From the NCBI GenBank assembly GCA_963823665.1, contig CAWGMQ010000003.1, positions 1,216,001 through 1,280,000 on the forward strand: a stretch of DNA of 64,000 nt, written 5' to 3'. This stretch comes from an uncultured Planctomycetota bacterium (lineage in GTDB: Bacteria > Planctomycetota > Planctomycetia > Isosphaerales > Isosphaeraceae). Of the stretch, positions 14,401 through 24,623 are shown one piece after another. A program made the translations under genes and the position numbers. The notes under the pieces were generated by a model, which saw only the letters and a list, made by a program, of their open reading frames with translations, had not been told where the DNA came from and did not search any database. How positions within the stretch are numbered: position 1 is the stretch's first letter; every line of letters starts with the position of its first letter.

Positions 14401-16266
14401 ACCGTCAACTCGCTCCCCGCGATGACGACGTCCACAAGCATCACCGTCTCGGTCACCGGTTCCGATCCGGTACCCGCCGGCGGCACACCATCCGGTGTCG
14501 CATCATACGCCATCTACGACTCGACCAACGGTGGGGCCCTCACACTCTTCACGACCGTCCCAGCCTCCAACCCAACAACAACGTTCACCGCCCAGGCCGG
14601 GAACACCTACGGCTTCTACAGCGTCGCGACCGACAACGCCGGCAACATCCAGGCGACCCCCACCGCCGCGGAGGCAACCGTCCAGATCCTCCCTCCAATG
14701 AAAGTCGCCTCCGTTTCTTCCGTCACACCCAACCCGCGCAACAGCACGGTCTCCACCATCAATATCTCGCTGAGCGCGGCGATCACCGCCGGCTCCTTCA
14801 CAACCACCGCCCTGACGCTCACCGACAACGGCGGCCCTAACTTAATCACAAACGCCGTCACGATCAGCTTCGTCTCAGGCTCAACTTACCAGATCACTGG
14901 GCTCTCCAGCCTTACGAAGAGCGACGGCAACTACGTGATGACCGTCAATGCCGCCAACATCCTGGACACGTACGGCAACCCGGGCGCCGGCACCGCGTCG
15001 ACGTCATGGCTCATGGACACGACGCGCCCGACAAGCAAAGTCAATCCCCTCGCGCAGCGCGGCACAAGCCTGAGCTTCACGGTCTCCGCCGGCGGATCGG
15101 ATCCAAGCGGGCCAAACAACAGCCCGCCATCGGGCTTGGCATCCTTCGACATCTACGCCGCGATTAACGGTGGACCGTGGACGTTCTGGACCAACGTCCC
15201 TGCATCCCGCCCCTCGGCCACCTACACTGGCCAGAGCAACACGACGTACACGTTCTACAGCATCGCCCACGATCTGGCCGGAAACGTCGAGGTCAAGACG
15301 CCTCTGATCGAGGCGAGCACCTATCTTCCCGACCTGACGCCACCGGTGACGTCCGTCAACCGCTTGAACGGAACAAACCCCAGCTCGGTCAACTCCACGA
15401 CTGGCACCTTCACGCTTAACCTCACCGGCACGGACCAGGGTGGCAGCAACCTCGCGTACTTCGAAGTCTTCGTGTCAGTCGATTCCGGGCCGTACCACAT
15501 GGCCGCACCGCCCATACCCGCCGGCCCCGCAGACACCTCCGGAACCGTCCACGCCACGATCCCCTACCAGGCCCCCACCGACGGCGCCCAGCACACCTAC
15601 GCCTTCTACAGCATCGGCATCGACGGTGCCGGTAACACCCAGTCCGCCCCCACAAGTCCCAACCTCACCCTCCAAGAAACCTTCGCCACCCCATCCCAGC
15701 TCCAGACCACAAGCTTGATCGTCGAAGATGGCGCCGTCGAGCGTTCCTACATCCGCTACCTGCAAGTCGATTTCAACGAATCCGACACCCAGTCCGGTGG
15801 CCAGCTCACTCAGATCGTCAATTCCCTCAAGACGGCATCACCGGACATCCAGCTCTACCAGTACGACCTGAACGACGACGCATCGAGCAAGACAGCCGTG
15901 TCACTTTCCGGCGTGAGCGTCTCCCTGATCGACCACGCGATCGAGCTCGACTTCGGCGCAAACGGCCTGGGCGGCAGCCCCACCACGACGGCCGCCGACG
16001 GCTATTACGAGCTCGACATCAAGCTTCCGAGTGGAGCGACCGGAGTGCACAACTTCTTCCGCCTACTCGGCGACGTCACCGGCGATGGCACGGTAGACAA
16101 CAACGACCTGAACGAAATCGCCGCCGAAATCAATCTGTCGAACCCGACCGGGCTTGCACCGCTAGGCGCAGACGTGACCGGCGAAGGCACAATATCCGCG
16201 CTCGACCTGACGCTGGCAACCCGCGCCAAAGGCCACAAGCTAAAGTCCGGCCTCTTCCTCGGCTAA
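2405..16266 (+). CDS. Giant secreted RHS/YD-repeat surface protein (~4600 aa): LEPR-XLL-like export motif, 137-aa tandem repeats, Ig-like (Big), LamG-like, PPC-like, YD/RHS, SHDPNDK domain, FN3-like repeats, C-terminal dockerin-like region; two apparent +1 frameshifts
   Basis: ATG 2405 with GAGGTG upstream; motif EVLEDRTMLS. ORFs 2303-9850, 9360-14840 and 13957-16266 join seamlessly if one base is removed near 9311 (tcgaaacgcg) and one near 14108 (agcctccgtc). LamG signature (F.G.NDYV...W.G.IDDVQLW), many YxYD repeats, C-terminal GDVTGDG.VD..DL. Confidence 0.85.
2780..4880 (+). repeat. Five near-identical 411-bp (137-aa) intragenic tandem repeats, variant order A-A-B-A-B
   Basis: Near-identical antisense ORFs recur at 3022, 3433, 3844, 4255 and 4666 (period 411). 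Variant A reads ETTSPAATSTIVIAS, variant B reads ETASPASASTIVVAS. Confidence 0.95.
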
Positions 16267-16445
16267 GAAAGGTGCCAGGCCCCGATTCGTGATTTGCCCC
16301 CCTCCGCAGACGAGGCGTGGTAATCCCGCGCCGTAAACCGGTGCAGGAAGCTGTTGTGCAAGTTCGAAGTCCTCACTTTGGGATCAAACCAACAGCCACG
16401 CAATGAACTAAGGCCTATCACATCCCATCGCTCGTTCAAAAAAAG

Positions 16446-16647
16446 TCACGACGCCCAGCTCTCAACTCTCAGCCCCGGTACGGCGGATAGATCCGCGTCG
16501 GTGGTCGCGACGCTACAATTGCCAAGACTCAGGGCGATCGCGGCAATTTGAAGGTCGATCGCTTGCATCGGGCGACCAATTCGACGCAGCTCTGCGAACA
16601 GCCTCCCGTAGACTCGTGCGGCCTCGGGCGTATAAGGCCAGCCTCAC
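16446..16647 (-). pseudogene. vapC: VapC/PIN toxin remnant, C-terminal half only
   Basis: Manual translation WPYTPEAARVYGRLFAELRRIGRPMQAIDLQIAAIALSLGNCSVATTDADLSAVPGLRVESWAS* is a PIN C-terminus. The GTG overlapping the upstream stop is out of frame and the N-terminal LDTN segment is absent. Confidence 0.8.
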
Positions 16648-16968
16648 GGGAATAGGGCCTCGATTCGCCGCGCTCGCTCCTCGAACTTGGCGATCTCGGA
16701 TGCTTTCTGTGCTGCCCGAGCAGCTTGCCACTCCGCTTCTTCGGCAGGCGTCATCTCGAGCGGCGGAATCGCGTCAAACTCGGCGATCCAATGGGCGATC
16801 GACTCCGGATCATCGGCCTGCTCGTCGCCTGTCGTCCCGAGAACGTCGGGCGCATCTTCCCGCATCACAACAACACGGCATCCGTCCGGCCAGTCCGCCA
16901 GACCGTCGAGGATGAATGCCCGTTCTTCCAGATGCCAGTCAGCGCCGTCGCGTCATCGGATGCGCCCA
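16644..16968 (-). CDS. Putative antitoxin of the VapC remnant (acidic; one apparent frameshift near 16917)
   Basis: ORF 16644-16868 extends upstream through a frameshift to GIWKNG-FILDGLADWPDGCRVVV, resembling antitoxin N-termini. Stop overlaps the toxin start (GTGA). Confidence 0.55.
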
Positions 16969-17053
16969 TCGGTATACCTCGTTTCTCTTGCAATCTACCT
17001 ATCACTAGCGTAGCACCATGAAGCTGGACGAGGGAGGCGAATTCTGGACTGAC

Positions 17054-18433
17054 CTAAATCCCCTCACGAGATCTCAGAGTCGAATCAGCCCGAGTTGAAC
17101 CACTACTCTCAGATTCGCTGAAATGGGCCGTCGTCTCGAACCAGCCCGCCGAAAACAAGGCAGCGGTCTTCTGATGCTGGAGCAGCCGCCAGGCGTCCGG
17201 CAAATCGAGAACGCGAACGATCCGCGCATCCCGCCCTTCACGGGACCGGCAGACAAGAGATGCATGTTCCAGCACCGGCTTGCTCAGTCGAGCGAGCAGT
17301 TCCGGAGAATGCGTGGTGGCAACGACCTGAATACCCTTCTCCTTCACCTGAGTTTCTATCAGGTCGAGAAGCAGATTGAGGCGGCTCGGGTGGATTCCGC
17401 TCTCAAGCTCCTCGAAGAAATAGAAAGACGATGGATTCGGCCCTAGGAACGCCGCAAGAAACGCCAGGAACCTGAGCGTTCCATCGGAGGCCGAGGCAAA
17501 ACTCGTCTTTCGCCCGTTGCGTTCGACCATGGTGGCAGCGATCTTTCCGGATGGGCCTGCCGGAAACTCGAGGTCGACCACGTCCATCGACGTCAGCTCC
17601 TGGACCCAGGAAAGGAGATTCATCTTAGAAGCATGAGACGCACAAATCGCAAAGAGCGCCGAGCTCAGATTGCTTCCGTCGTCGCTCAACCGATCATGCC
17701 CAGGCAAAGACGGCTGGCAGAGTGCATCGAGCGACCAGTGAAAAAAACGGCAAGAACGATAAATGCTCAGCGCCTGATCCAGATCCTGGCTCACTTCTTT
17801 AAAATCAGCCACATGATCATGGAATCTCCTTGAGCGGCCGTGCCAGACCGCGGCATGGTCAGCCGGCATCTTCGCCGCAACCGCCATCTGGCCCAAAACT
17901 GGCAATCCGTTTGGAAAATAGAATTTTTGGAATGAATCAGTTGCAAGACCATACTCTCGGATCCTGACGACTTGATGCGTGCGATCTCTCACCTGGCTCG
18001 TAAAAATGCGGCCAAGCGCCCCGAACCCGAGCGACTCCGAACGGATTCTAGGAATTGACACTTTTCGATCGATTGCCACCTCGATGTGATAGTTTACAGT
18101 TTCCAGGCCAGACTCCAGTTCGCCAGAAAAGCCAATCATGTCAGCGGGGAGCGTGCTCTCGCCCGTGAGCGCAAATGAATTCTTGCCCGAGAAAGCGATC
18201 CCTTTGCAACCGCCTTTGATGCCTGCCCAGAGGCGCTGCCCGCCCTCCTCGATTTTGCCATCGATAGTCTCGGTCAGTTCGTAGGCCCGCCCAATTCCAT
18301 GCAAAAACCGAAACGCATCGCGAAGGTTGCTCTTACCCGACGCATTCGCCGCGATCAACACCGTGAACGGCCCAAGCTCGAGCTTGGCATCTTTGAAATT
18401 CTTGAATCGTTCCAATCGCAACGACTTGAACAT
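17054..18433 (-). CDS. ABC-type AAA family ATPase (AAA_15/AAA_21-like)
   Basis: MFKSLRLERFKNF start, Walker A AANASGKS, signature SDGTLRFL, Walker B FFEELESGIHP, H-loop TTHSP. Confidence 0.85.
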   Translation of the reverse strand: MFKSLRLERFKNFKDAKLELGPFTVLIAANASGKSNLRDAFRFLHGIGRAYELTETIDGKIEEGGQRLWAGIKGGCKGIAFSGKNSFALTGESTLPADMIGFSGELESGLETVNYHIEVAIDRKVSIPRIRSESLGFGALGRIFTSQVRDRTHQVVRIREYGLATDSFQKFYFPNGLPVLGQMAVAAKMPADHAAVWHGRSRRFHDHVADFKEVSQDLDQALSIYRSCRFFHWSLDALCQPSLPGHDRLSDDGSNLSSALFAICASHASKMNLLSWVQELTSMDVVDLEFPAGPSGKIAATMVERNGRKTSFASASDGTLRFLAFLAAFLGPNPSSFYFFEELESGIHPSRLNLLLDLIETQVKEKGIQVVATTHSPELLARLSKPVLEHASLVCRSREGRDARIVRVLDLPDAWRLLQHQKTAALFSAGWFETTAHFSESESSGSTRADSTLRSREGI

Positions 18434-18600
18434 CGGCCGGCTCCTCTCGATCGTTATCCGCATTGTATTCGGTGTGGCTCGGCCGAATGACGTAATGACA
18501 CAAGGAAACCCAAACGGTTCAGCCGGTTACACTTAAGTGACCGAAGCACCAATCGCCCGCAGAACTCACTCCCCGGTGCCCAAAACCCGCCCAAAGCAGC

Positions 18601-18629
18601 TTGAACCTCGCGCACCGCGCGGCTATGAT
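18601..18629 (+). promoter_or_regulatory. Sigma70-like promoter
   Basis: TTGAAC-17 bp-TATGAT. Confidence 0.6.
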
Positions 18630-18706
18630 TCTTACGGCACCCAAAAAAGCGGTGCCCTCACTTTCTCTCTGCCAAGCCAGCTCTCATACAGCACAGGAGG
18701 CCGGCG

Positions 18707-18829
18707 ATGTCTTCGATTTACTGCATGAGTGTGCCGTCGAGCCTGCATCGCGCGCCAGGGCGCCCTGAAGCCCCTGTCTCCGGGAAAACGCATCCTGCGT
18801 TCTCGGCGCGCGTCTCATTGACTGACTGA
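18707..18829 (+). CDS. Candidate 40-aa leader peptide (uORF) containing RAPG
   Basis: AGGAGG 6 nt before ATG 18707; MSSIYCMSVPSSLHRAPGRPEAPVSGKTHPAFSARVSLTD*. Confidence 0.45.
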   Translation: MSSIYCMSVPSSLHRAPGRPEAPVSGKTHPAFSARVSLTD

Positions 18830-18967
18830 CTGAACGAAGTCGCGTCGATCCAGGCTCACATCACGGCGGAACCGATCAAATGCGGTCCGAGCGGTCGGGC
18901 TGCGCGACGATGGGTGCCAGCCCCCCCATCGAAGAATCGATCTTCATTTGAAGGAATCGGTATCAGT

Positions 18968-19444
18968 ATGAGAGCAATCGAAAAATATCGAGGACCGTCC
19001 ATGGCCGAGGTCCATCGTTTCTGCGCCTCGCTCGGCGAGGAAGATGGTGAAGATCCCCATCTGGCGAAGCGGCGGCGGCCCAACAACAAGCGCGCCTCAT
19101 CAAACTCGGTCCCCGTCGCCCGGCTCGAGCGCAAGGCCTGCCAGCTCTGCCGCCAGGTGGCCGAAACCCTCGATGAAGTCCTGGCCGACTGTGGCGACGG
19201 CGTGCTGCGAGCGCTCCGGGTGGCGACCGTCGTGCCCTATCCAAACGCGTCGCGACTGCTCGTGACCGTCGCTCCGGTCGACGGCCGGCTCGCACCCGAG
19301 GCGGGACCGAAAGTCGTGCTGGACCATCTGGAAAAAGCCAGCGGTCACTTACGCCACGAAATCGCCGCGGCCGTCACCCGCAAACGCGCGCCGCTCATGT
19401 TGTACCGACTGGCCGAGCCCGCACTCGAGGGCGCTCAGTCATGA
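18968..19444 (+). CDS. Ribosome-binding factor A-like protein (RbfA paralogue)
   Basis: RbfA-like pattern: QVAETL...V.TV.P.P.ASRLLVTV...LEKASGHLRHEIAAAVTRKRAPLMLY. Confidence 0.7.
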   Translation: MRAIEKYRGPSMAEVHRFCASLGEEDGEDPHLAKRRRPNNKRASSNSVPVARLERKACQLCRQVAETLDEVLADCGDGVLRALRVATVVPYPNASRLLVTVAPVDGRLAPEAGPKVVLDHLEKASGHLRHEIAAAVTRKRAPLMLYRLAEPALEGAQS

Positions 19445-20244
19445 CCCGGCCAAGGGCCAGGATCCGGCCTGTCACCGTGATCCTCGTGCTCGCGATTCTG
19501 GTCCTCGGCGTTCTTGTCACGGTCCAGCAGCGCAGGGAGGCGCGGCTCAGGCAGGCCCTCGCGCTGTTCCGGAATCGGGCTCATCAAAGTATCTACAAAC
19601 GCCTCGACGGCCCGTCTCCGCCCATGGGCACTTCGCCAAGGCTATCGCTCAATTGGGGCGCCACCGCCCCGCTGGAGGAGGTGATCAGCCAGCTCAAGCT
19701 CTTCACCAACCGGAGAACCACGCGCTTGAGATCCAGCTTCCCGATTGAGGTCGACTTCGCCGGTCTGGCAGAGTCGGGTCAATCCCTCACCTCCCTCGTG
19801 CGGCTTCCCCCGGAGCCGAGCCAAATCCTATCTCTCGACGAATTCATGCATCACGTCCTCGAGCCGATGAATCTCGATTTCGAGATCAGGGATGGCGCCC
19901 TTTTCATCACCTCTCACGTGGCCGTGGAGCGTTCTCATGATCGCATTCTTAAGTTTCTCGACCAGCCGGTTTTGCTGACCTGGCCCGACGGAGCATCCCT
20001 TGACGATGTGATCGCAGCGGTCCGATCGAGCACCATGGGACCTGAATTCCCGCTCGGCCTGCCTATGTATCCGGATCCTTCCAGTGTGGACGACTCGGAC
20101 TTGAAGACGGTCGTCGCACCCGCACCGAAACAGAGTGTTCCCGTCTGGGAGCACCTGGTCCGCATTCTGTCGCCGCTGCGAATGAAATTTGAGCTCAGAA
20201 ACGGGGCCCTCGTCATCCTTTCGCGGCCGCGACGGGAAGAGTGA
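19441..20244 (+). CDS. Membrane-anchored hypothetical protein with two STN-like repeats
   Basis: N-terminal TM helix; two copies of 'L.W....PL.EVI...L..VL.P..L.FEIR.GAL.I'. Confidence 0.6.
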   Translation: MTRPRARIRPVTVILVLAILVLGVLVTVQQRREARLRQALALFRNRAHQSIYKRLDGPSPPMGTSPRLSLNWGATAPLEEVISQLKLFTNRRTTRLRSSFPIEVDFAGLAESGQSLTSLVRLPPEPSQILSLDEFMHHVLEPMNLDFEIRDGALFITSHVAVERSHDRILKFLDQPVLLTWPDGASLDDVIAAVRSSTMGPEFPLGLPMYPDPSSVDDSDLKTVVAPAPKQSVPVWEHLVRILSPLRMKFELRNGALVILSRPRREE

Positions 20245-20337
20245 CAGAAAATCCACGGCGGTCGCTCCGATTAAGTTTCAGGTGGTCGCACGGCTTCGAT
20301 GCGCTTTCCCGACAACGTACGCTGGAGTTCTCGCGAT

Positions 20338-20838
20338 ATGAAATCGGGCCCGCGGATACGACTCAGCTCGCTGCTTCTCCTGCTGGTGGTACTTGGCCTC
20401 TTTTTCTGTCTATTCCTTCAAAAACGCCGCGAAAGGGAGCTCCAGGCAGCGATCTTGCCTTACCGCGATCAGACCGCGGAAGCGATCTTCACCACCCTGG
20501 ATCAGCCACTCGCGTTGACCTATCCCGACGGAACACCGCTGCAGGATGCGTTGAAGAACATCAGGCTGTGCTCAACCGGACCGAAGCTGCCAGCAGGCTT
20601 ACAAATCTATGTGGATCCATTCGGCTTGGCGACAGCAAATAAGACAATGAAGTCGCCCGTCAAGAAGCCGCGGGACCAGAGCCTTACCCTCCGCGAACAT
20701 CTGTCTGAAGTCCTCAAGTCCCTGGGGCTCGGGTTCGCGATCAGGGGTCGAGGCCTGGTGATTACTTCAGAGGATGCCGTGCATCTTCAACCGGAAGACG
20801 ACCCATATCTCGGCTACCGCGACGTGCTGCAAAAGTAA
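20338..20838 (+). CDS. Membrane-anchored hypothetical protein, paralogue of the upstream gene (one STN-like repeat)
   Basis: TM helix plus QKRRERELQAA matching QQRREARLRQA; LDQPLALTYPDG matches LDQPVLLTWPDG. Confidence 0.6.
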   Translation: MKSGPRIRLSSLLLLLVVLGLFFCLFLQKRRERELQAAILPYRDQTAEAIFTTLDQPLALTYPDGTPLQDALKNIRLCSTGPKLPAGLQIYVDPFGLATANKTMKSPVKKPRDQSLTLREHLSEVLKSLGLGFAIRGRGLVITSEDAVHLQPEDDPYLGYRDVLQK

Positions 20839-20839
20839 C

Positions 20840-23251
20840 CTACGGACGATCACCCTCCTCGGCTTTCTTCTCCTGTTGCATCAGATAAACCAGCGTCTTC
20901 CCCAAGAACTTGTTCATGATCCCGGGTGTCAGCTCGGTGGCCTTGGCGCGCCACTTCGCAGCCGCGTCGAGGTCGCCGGTCTCGTAACAGACCCGCGAGA
21001 GAACACCCAGCATTTCCGCGTCATTCCAGCCCGTGAGCTCACACGCCTTCGTCGCAAGTTCGACGGCGCGTTTCCCGTCGCGATACTTCGTGTCGGGACA
21101 GAGCGCGGCGATCCACGCCCGATGGGCCAGAGCCGACGCGAGCTTGGGGTCCAGCTCCAGCGCGTGGTCAAGATCGGCTATCGCCTTGTCGTACTGCTCC
21201 ATCTGAAACCAGGTGTCGCCGCGGCAGTCGTAGGCCTGAGCCTGCCGAGGATCGAGACGGATGGCCTCGTTCAGGTCAACGATGGCCTTGTCGTGATTCT
21301 GTTTGTTTTTCAGGGCCATGCCGCGGTAGATATACGCGTCAACGTCTTGAGCGTTGAGCTCAATGGCCCGGTTGCAATCGTGCAGCGCTTTGTCTTGAGC
21401 TTGCTTGCTCAGCCACGCACCAGCACGCTGTGTGTAGGCCTTGCCGAGTTTCGGGTTGAGCCGGAGCGCGTTGTTGTAATCCGCAATCGCCTGATCGGTC
21501 TTGCCGTCGTACTGCCGCGCCACACCGCGGTTGAAATAGCAGCCCGCGAGCTCGCCGGAGGCTCCGGCGTCTTTGGGATCAAGCCGGACAGCGCGACTCA
21601 AATCAGCGATCGCCTTGTCATGGTCTTCCTTGTTGGCCCGGGCGACGCCGCGGCACCGATAGGCCATAGCGAGCTTGGGATCGAGCGCGATAGCGGTCGT
21701 ACAGTCGGCGATCGCCTTGTCGTATTCCTTCTGGTAAAACCGAGCCCCAGCGCGCCGACAGTAAGCCTCGATCAAGCGCGGGTTGAGCCGGATGGCCTCC
21801 GAGAAATCGGCGATCGCCCGGGCGTGGTCGTGTTTGCCTTCCCAGGCCACACCGCGGTACACGAAGGTCTCGGCGATCGGTGATCCCAGTCGAATCGCCT
21901 GGTCACAGTCGGCGATTGCCTTGTCGAACTCGCCCTTCGAATTCCAGATGATCGCGCGAGCGGGAAATGCGATCGCGCACTTCGGTTCAAGCCGAATGGC
22001 TTGATTCAGGTCAGGCAGCGCCTTGTCGGCATCTCGCATGGCTGTCCAGGCAAGCCCTCGGCAATGGTAGGCCTCGCCCAGTTCGGGATCGAGGCGGATG
22101 GCCTCGTTGCAATCAGCAATGACGTTCTTGAGTTCGCCCTTGAGCAGCCAGACGCGGCTTCGGTTGCTGTAAGCGGTCGCTCTCTCCGGAGCGAGTCGGA
22201 CGACCTCATTGAAATCGGCCAAGGCCCGGTCGGCATCTCCCTTTGCGAACCAAAGAAATCCGCGATTCTGATACGCCAACCTCGACCGTGGATCGAGCCG
22301 GATGGCCTTGTTCAGATCGATCAGTGCCCCGTCGTAATCCCCTTTGCCGATGCGGGCTCCGCCGAGATTGCCGTAGGCCATCGCAAGTCGAGGCTCCAGG
22401 CGAATGGCCTCAGTGCAGTCGGCGACTGCCTTGTCGAACTCCATTTTGGCGCAAAACGCCCCACCGCGGTCGGCGTAGGCCTGCGCGTCGTGAGGATTGA
22501 GTTGAATCGCTGCGCTGAGGTCAGTGATGGCCTTGTCGTATTCGTTCTTGTAAACAAGGGCAACTCCGCGACTGTAATACGCGCCGGAATTGCGCGGGTC
22601 ATGCTGAATCGCTTGCGAGGAGTCTTCGATCGCCTTTGTGTAGTCCCGCTTGAACACCCAGCAGGCACCGCGAGTCTGGAAAGCCGAGGCAAGTTGGGGC
22701 TCGAGTCGCAGGGCTTCGTTGCAATCGGAGATGGCCTTGTCGGCCTCACCCATTTCGAGCCAGACTGTCGCGCGAACGACCAACGCTACCGCATCCGCTG
22801 GCTGGACACGGATCGCCGCGGCGGCGTCGGCCAAGGCGCGATTGAATTCTTTCTTGTCTCGCCAAACCCGGGCACGCATCATGTAGGCGAATGCGTCACG
22901 CGGCTGGTCTCGAATCTGCCTCGAGAAGTGATCGACGGCCTTCTCGATCGGAACGATTCGGTCAACGTCGGCCCAGCCAGAATGACCGCTGTTCTCCGCT
23001 TCCAGCCAGCCCCGAGGACCGTCGATCTTCCTCACCTGCCACACGTCAATGCCAACCGCACGATCCGTCTGTTCGTCGTCGGACCGGATCGCGAAATCCC
23101 GGTTCTTTTGAACAACGCGCCGGCCGATCCATTCCTTGCCCGCCGTCTGCTGGGCCACCACCGACGCAGGCAGAACGATCGCTAGCGCAATGGCCGCCGC
23201 CGCGATCCGGCCCACACCCCGGCGTCCAACAGTTTTCGCCTCTCCGTGCAT
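20840..23251 (-). CDS. Secreted tetratricopeptide-repeat protein
   Basis: Signal peptide; many 'KAIAD..EAIRL.P..A.AY..RG' repeats; C-terminal RDGKRAVELATKACELT. Confidence 0.9.
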   Translation of the reverse strand: MHGEAKTVGRRGVGRIAAAAIALAIVLPASVVAQQTAGKEWIGRRVVQKNRDFAIRSDDEQTDRAVGIDVWQVRKIDGPRGWLEAENSGHSGWADVDRIVPIEKAVDHFSRQIRDQPRDAFAYMMRARVWRDKKEFNRALADAAAAIRVQPADAVALVVRATVWLEMGEADKAISDCNEALRLEPQLASAFQTRGACWVFKRDYTKAIEDSSQAIQHDPRNSGAYYSRGVALVYKNEYDKAITDLSAAIQLNPHDAQAYADRGGAFCAKMEFDKAVADCTEAIRLEPRLAMAYGNLGGARIGKGDYDGALIDLNKAIRLDPRSRLAYQNRGFLWFAKGDADRALADFNEVVRLAPERATAYSNRSRVWLLKGELKNVIADCNEAIRLDPELGEAYHCRGLAWTAMRDADKALPDLNQAIRLEPKCAIAFPARAIIWNSKGEFDKAIADCDQAIRLGSPIAETFVYRGVAWEGKHDHARAIADFSEAIRLNPRLIEAYCRRAGARFYQKEYDKAIADCTTAIALDPKLAMAYRCRGVARANKEDHDKAIADLSRAVRLDPKDAGASGELAGCYFNRGVARQYDGKTDQAIADYNNALRLNPKLGKAYTQRAGAWLSKQAQDKALHDCNRAIELNAQDVDAYIYRGMALKNKQNHDKAIVDLNEAIRLDPRQAQAYDCRGDTWFQMEQYDKAIADLDHALELDPKLASALAHRAWIAALCPDTKYRDGKRAVELATKACELTGWNDAEMLGVLSRVCYETGDLDAAAKWRAKATELTPGIMNKFLGKTLVYLMQQEKKAEEGDRP

Positions 23252-23451
23252 GGTTCAACGCCCCCGCGCCGGGGCTCCTCGCTGGGTGGCACTGGCTTCG
23301 CCAATGCGGGAGTGACGACTCACACAAACCGACTGGTCGTCGCAGAATCGCGAGATCAGATGAGATGAAGCCGTGCATCGACGGACTCGAATCGCGCGAT
23401 GAGAATAATCTCGATACGCGAACCTGGCAAGGCGAGTGATTCCACGCCGAA

Positions 23452-24549
23452 TCACTCAATCACCACGCGTGCCGCGCAGCCCTCATCGTCCCCCGCCTCG
23501 TCGACCCCGATCTTCCGATCCAGAAACGCACCAATGGTCTCAACGTTGGTCCGCAAATGCTCGGTCACGTGCGACACGCTGAATTCACTCCGTCCCCGAG
23601 CAAACGCCAGCGGCAGCAGGATCTGGTCGGCCGAGTGCAAATCGACCGCCGCGTCAGCGACCGATTCGAACCCCAGAAGCTGATCGACCGCCTCCTCAGC
23701 GACCGCCTCTGCAGGCTTCCCGCGCTCTCCCAGACCCACGAACGTCGCCGGCACCGCACCTTCGTGTTCGACAATCAGCGATATCGCAGCCCCCTGCCCC
23801 GGCCCGCGCCAGCGCACCAGCTCGATCTCACACGATAAGCCTTCCGAGCCCAGCCGGTCGATCGCGCGCTTGCGCATCCGTTCCGCGATGTTGTCAGGAA
23901 GATTCGAGACGCCCGCGACCCCGTGCAACTTGAGTAGCGGACCTCGAGTGATCTGCACGTAGCTCGCAGGAACCCCCGGCCCAATCACGGCCTCGATCTT
24001 GCCCCCGCCCTTGGGATAGAAACCCGCAGTGAGCATCGTCAGGTCCAGCGGCATCCCGAAGGCCCGGAGATACCCGCGCCAGGTCGTCTCCAGAAACGAG
24101 AACGCCGGGGCCATCGGGTTGAATGTTCCACCTTTCAGCCGCAGCGTGACCGAACGATCGCCCCGCAGGGCCATCGGCAAGTGCAGCGTTTGCAGCACCA
24201 GTCCGGTCGACCCCGCTGTGCCGATGTCGATCGTCAGATCCCCGGGAACATACTCGCCCGGCGCAAAGGAAATCTCGCGAGCCCCAAGCCGCGCGTCAAC
24301 AACTTCGGCTCGCCCCAGGAGCGCGGCCGTCTCGACAGCCTTCAAATGCTGCGGTCGAAGCCCGGGCTTGGACCGGTTGGCCCTGATCTTTTGCATGCGA
24401 AAAGAGCGGCCGGTCAAGAGCGAGAGGGTGAGTGCAGTGCGCAGGATCTGGCCTCCGCCCTCGCCGCGCGACCCGTCCAGCTCGATCTTGGCGCGATCAC
24501 CTCGCGACGATGACATCGAAGCCCGCCTCCCGCACACCTTCCGGCCCAC
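23452..24549 (-). CDS. rtcA: RNA 3'-terminal phosphate cyclase
   Basis: GEGGGQILRTAL, IRANRSKPGLRPQH, GFYPKGGG, catalytic VDLHSADQ, TEHLRTN. Start may be 24516. Confidence 0.95.
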   Translation of the reverse strand: MGRKVCGRRASMSSSRGDRAKIELDGSRGEGGGQILRTALTLSLLTGRSFRMQKIRANRSKPGLRPQHLKAVETAALLGRAEVVDARLGAREISFAPGEYVPGDLTIDIGTAGSTGLVLQTLHLPMALRGDRSVTLRLKGGTFNPMAPAFSFLETTWRGYLRAFGMPLDLTMLTAGFYPKGGGKIEAVIGPGVPASYVQITRGPLLKLHGVAGVSNLPDNIAERMRKRAIDRLGSEGLSCEIELVRWRGPGQGAAISLIVEHEGAVPATFVGLGERGKPAEAVAEEAVDQLLGFESVADAAVDLHSADQILLPLAFARGRSEFSVSHVTEHLRTNVETIGAFLDRKIGVDEAGDDEGCAARVVIE

Positions 24550-24623
24550 ATCACGCTTGATAGAGCATTATAGAGCGCACGCGGTTCGGGCCAGACGCGA
24601 GAAACGGCCAGTGGGAGTCAATC

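Noticed and set aside
20774..23185. Long plus-strand ORFs opposite the TPR gene (likewise 62382-63890, 40612-41871, 57190-58494)
   Set aside because: Antisense shadows of GC-rich genes with no recognisable motifs.
23452..24549. RNA-repair operon
   Set aside because: rtcA is present, but no rtcB, rtcR or TROVE gene is seen nearby.
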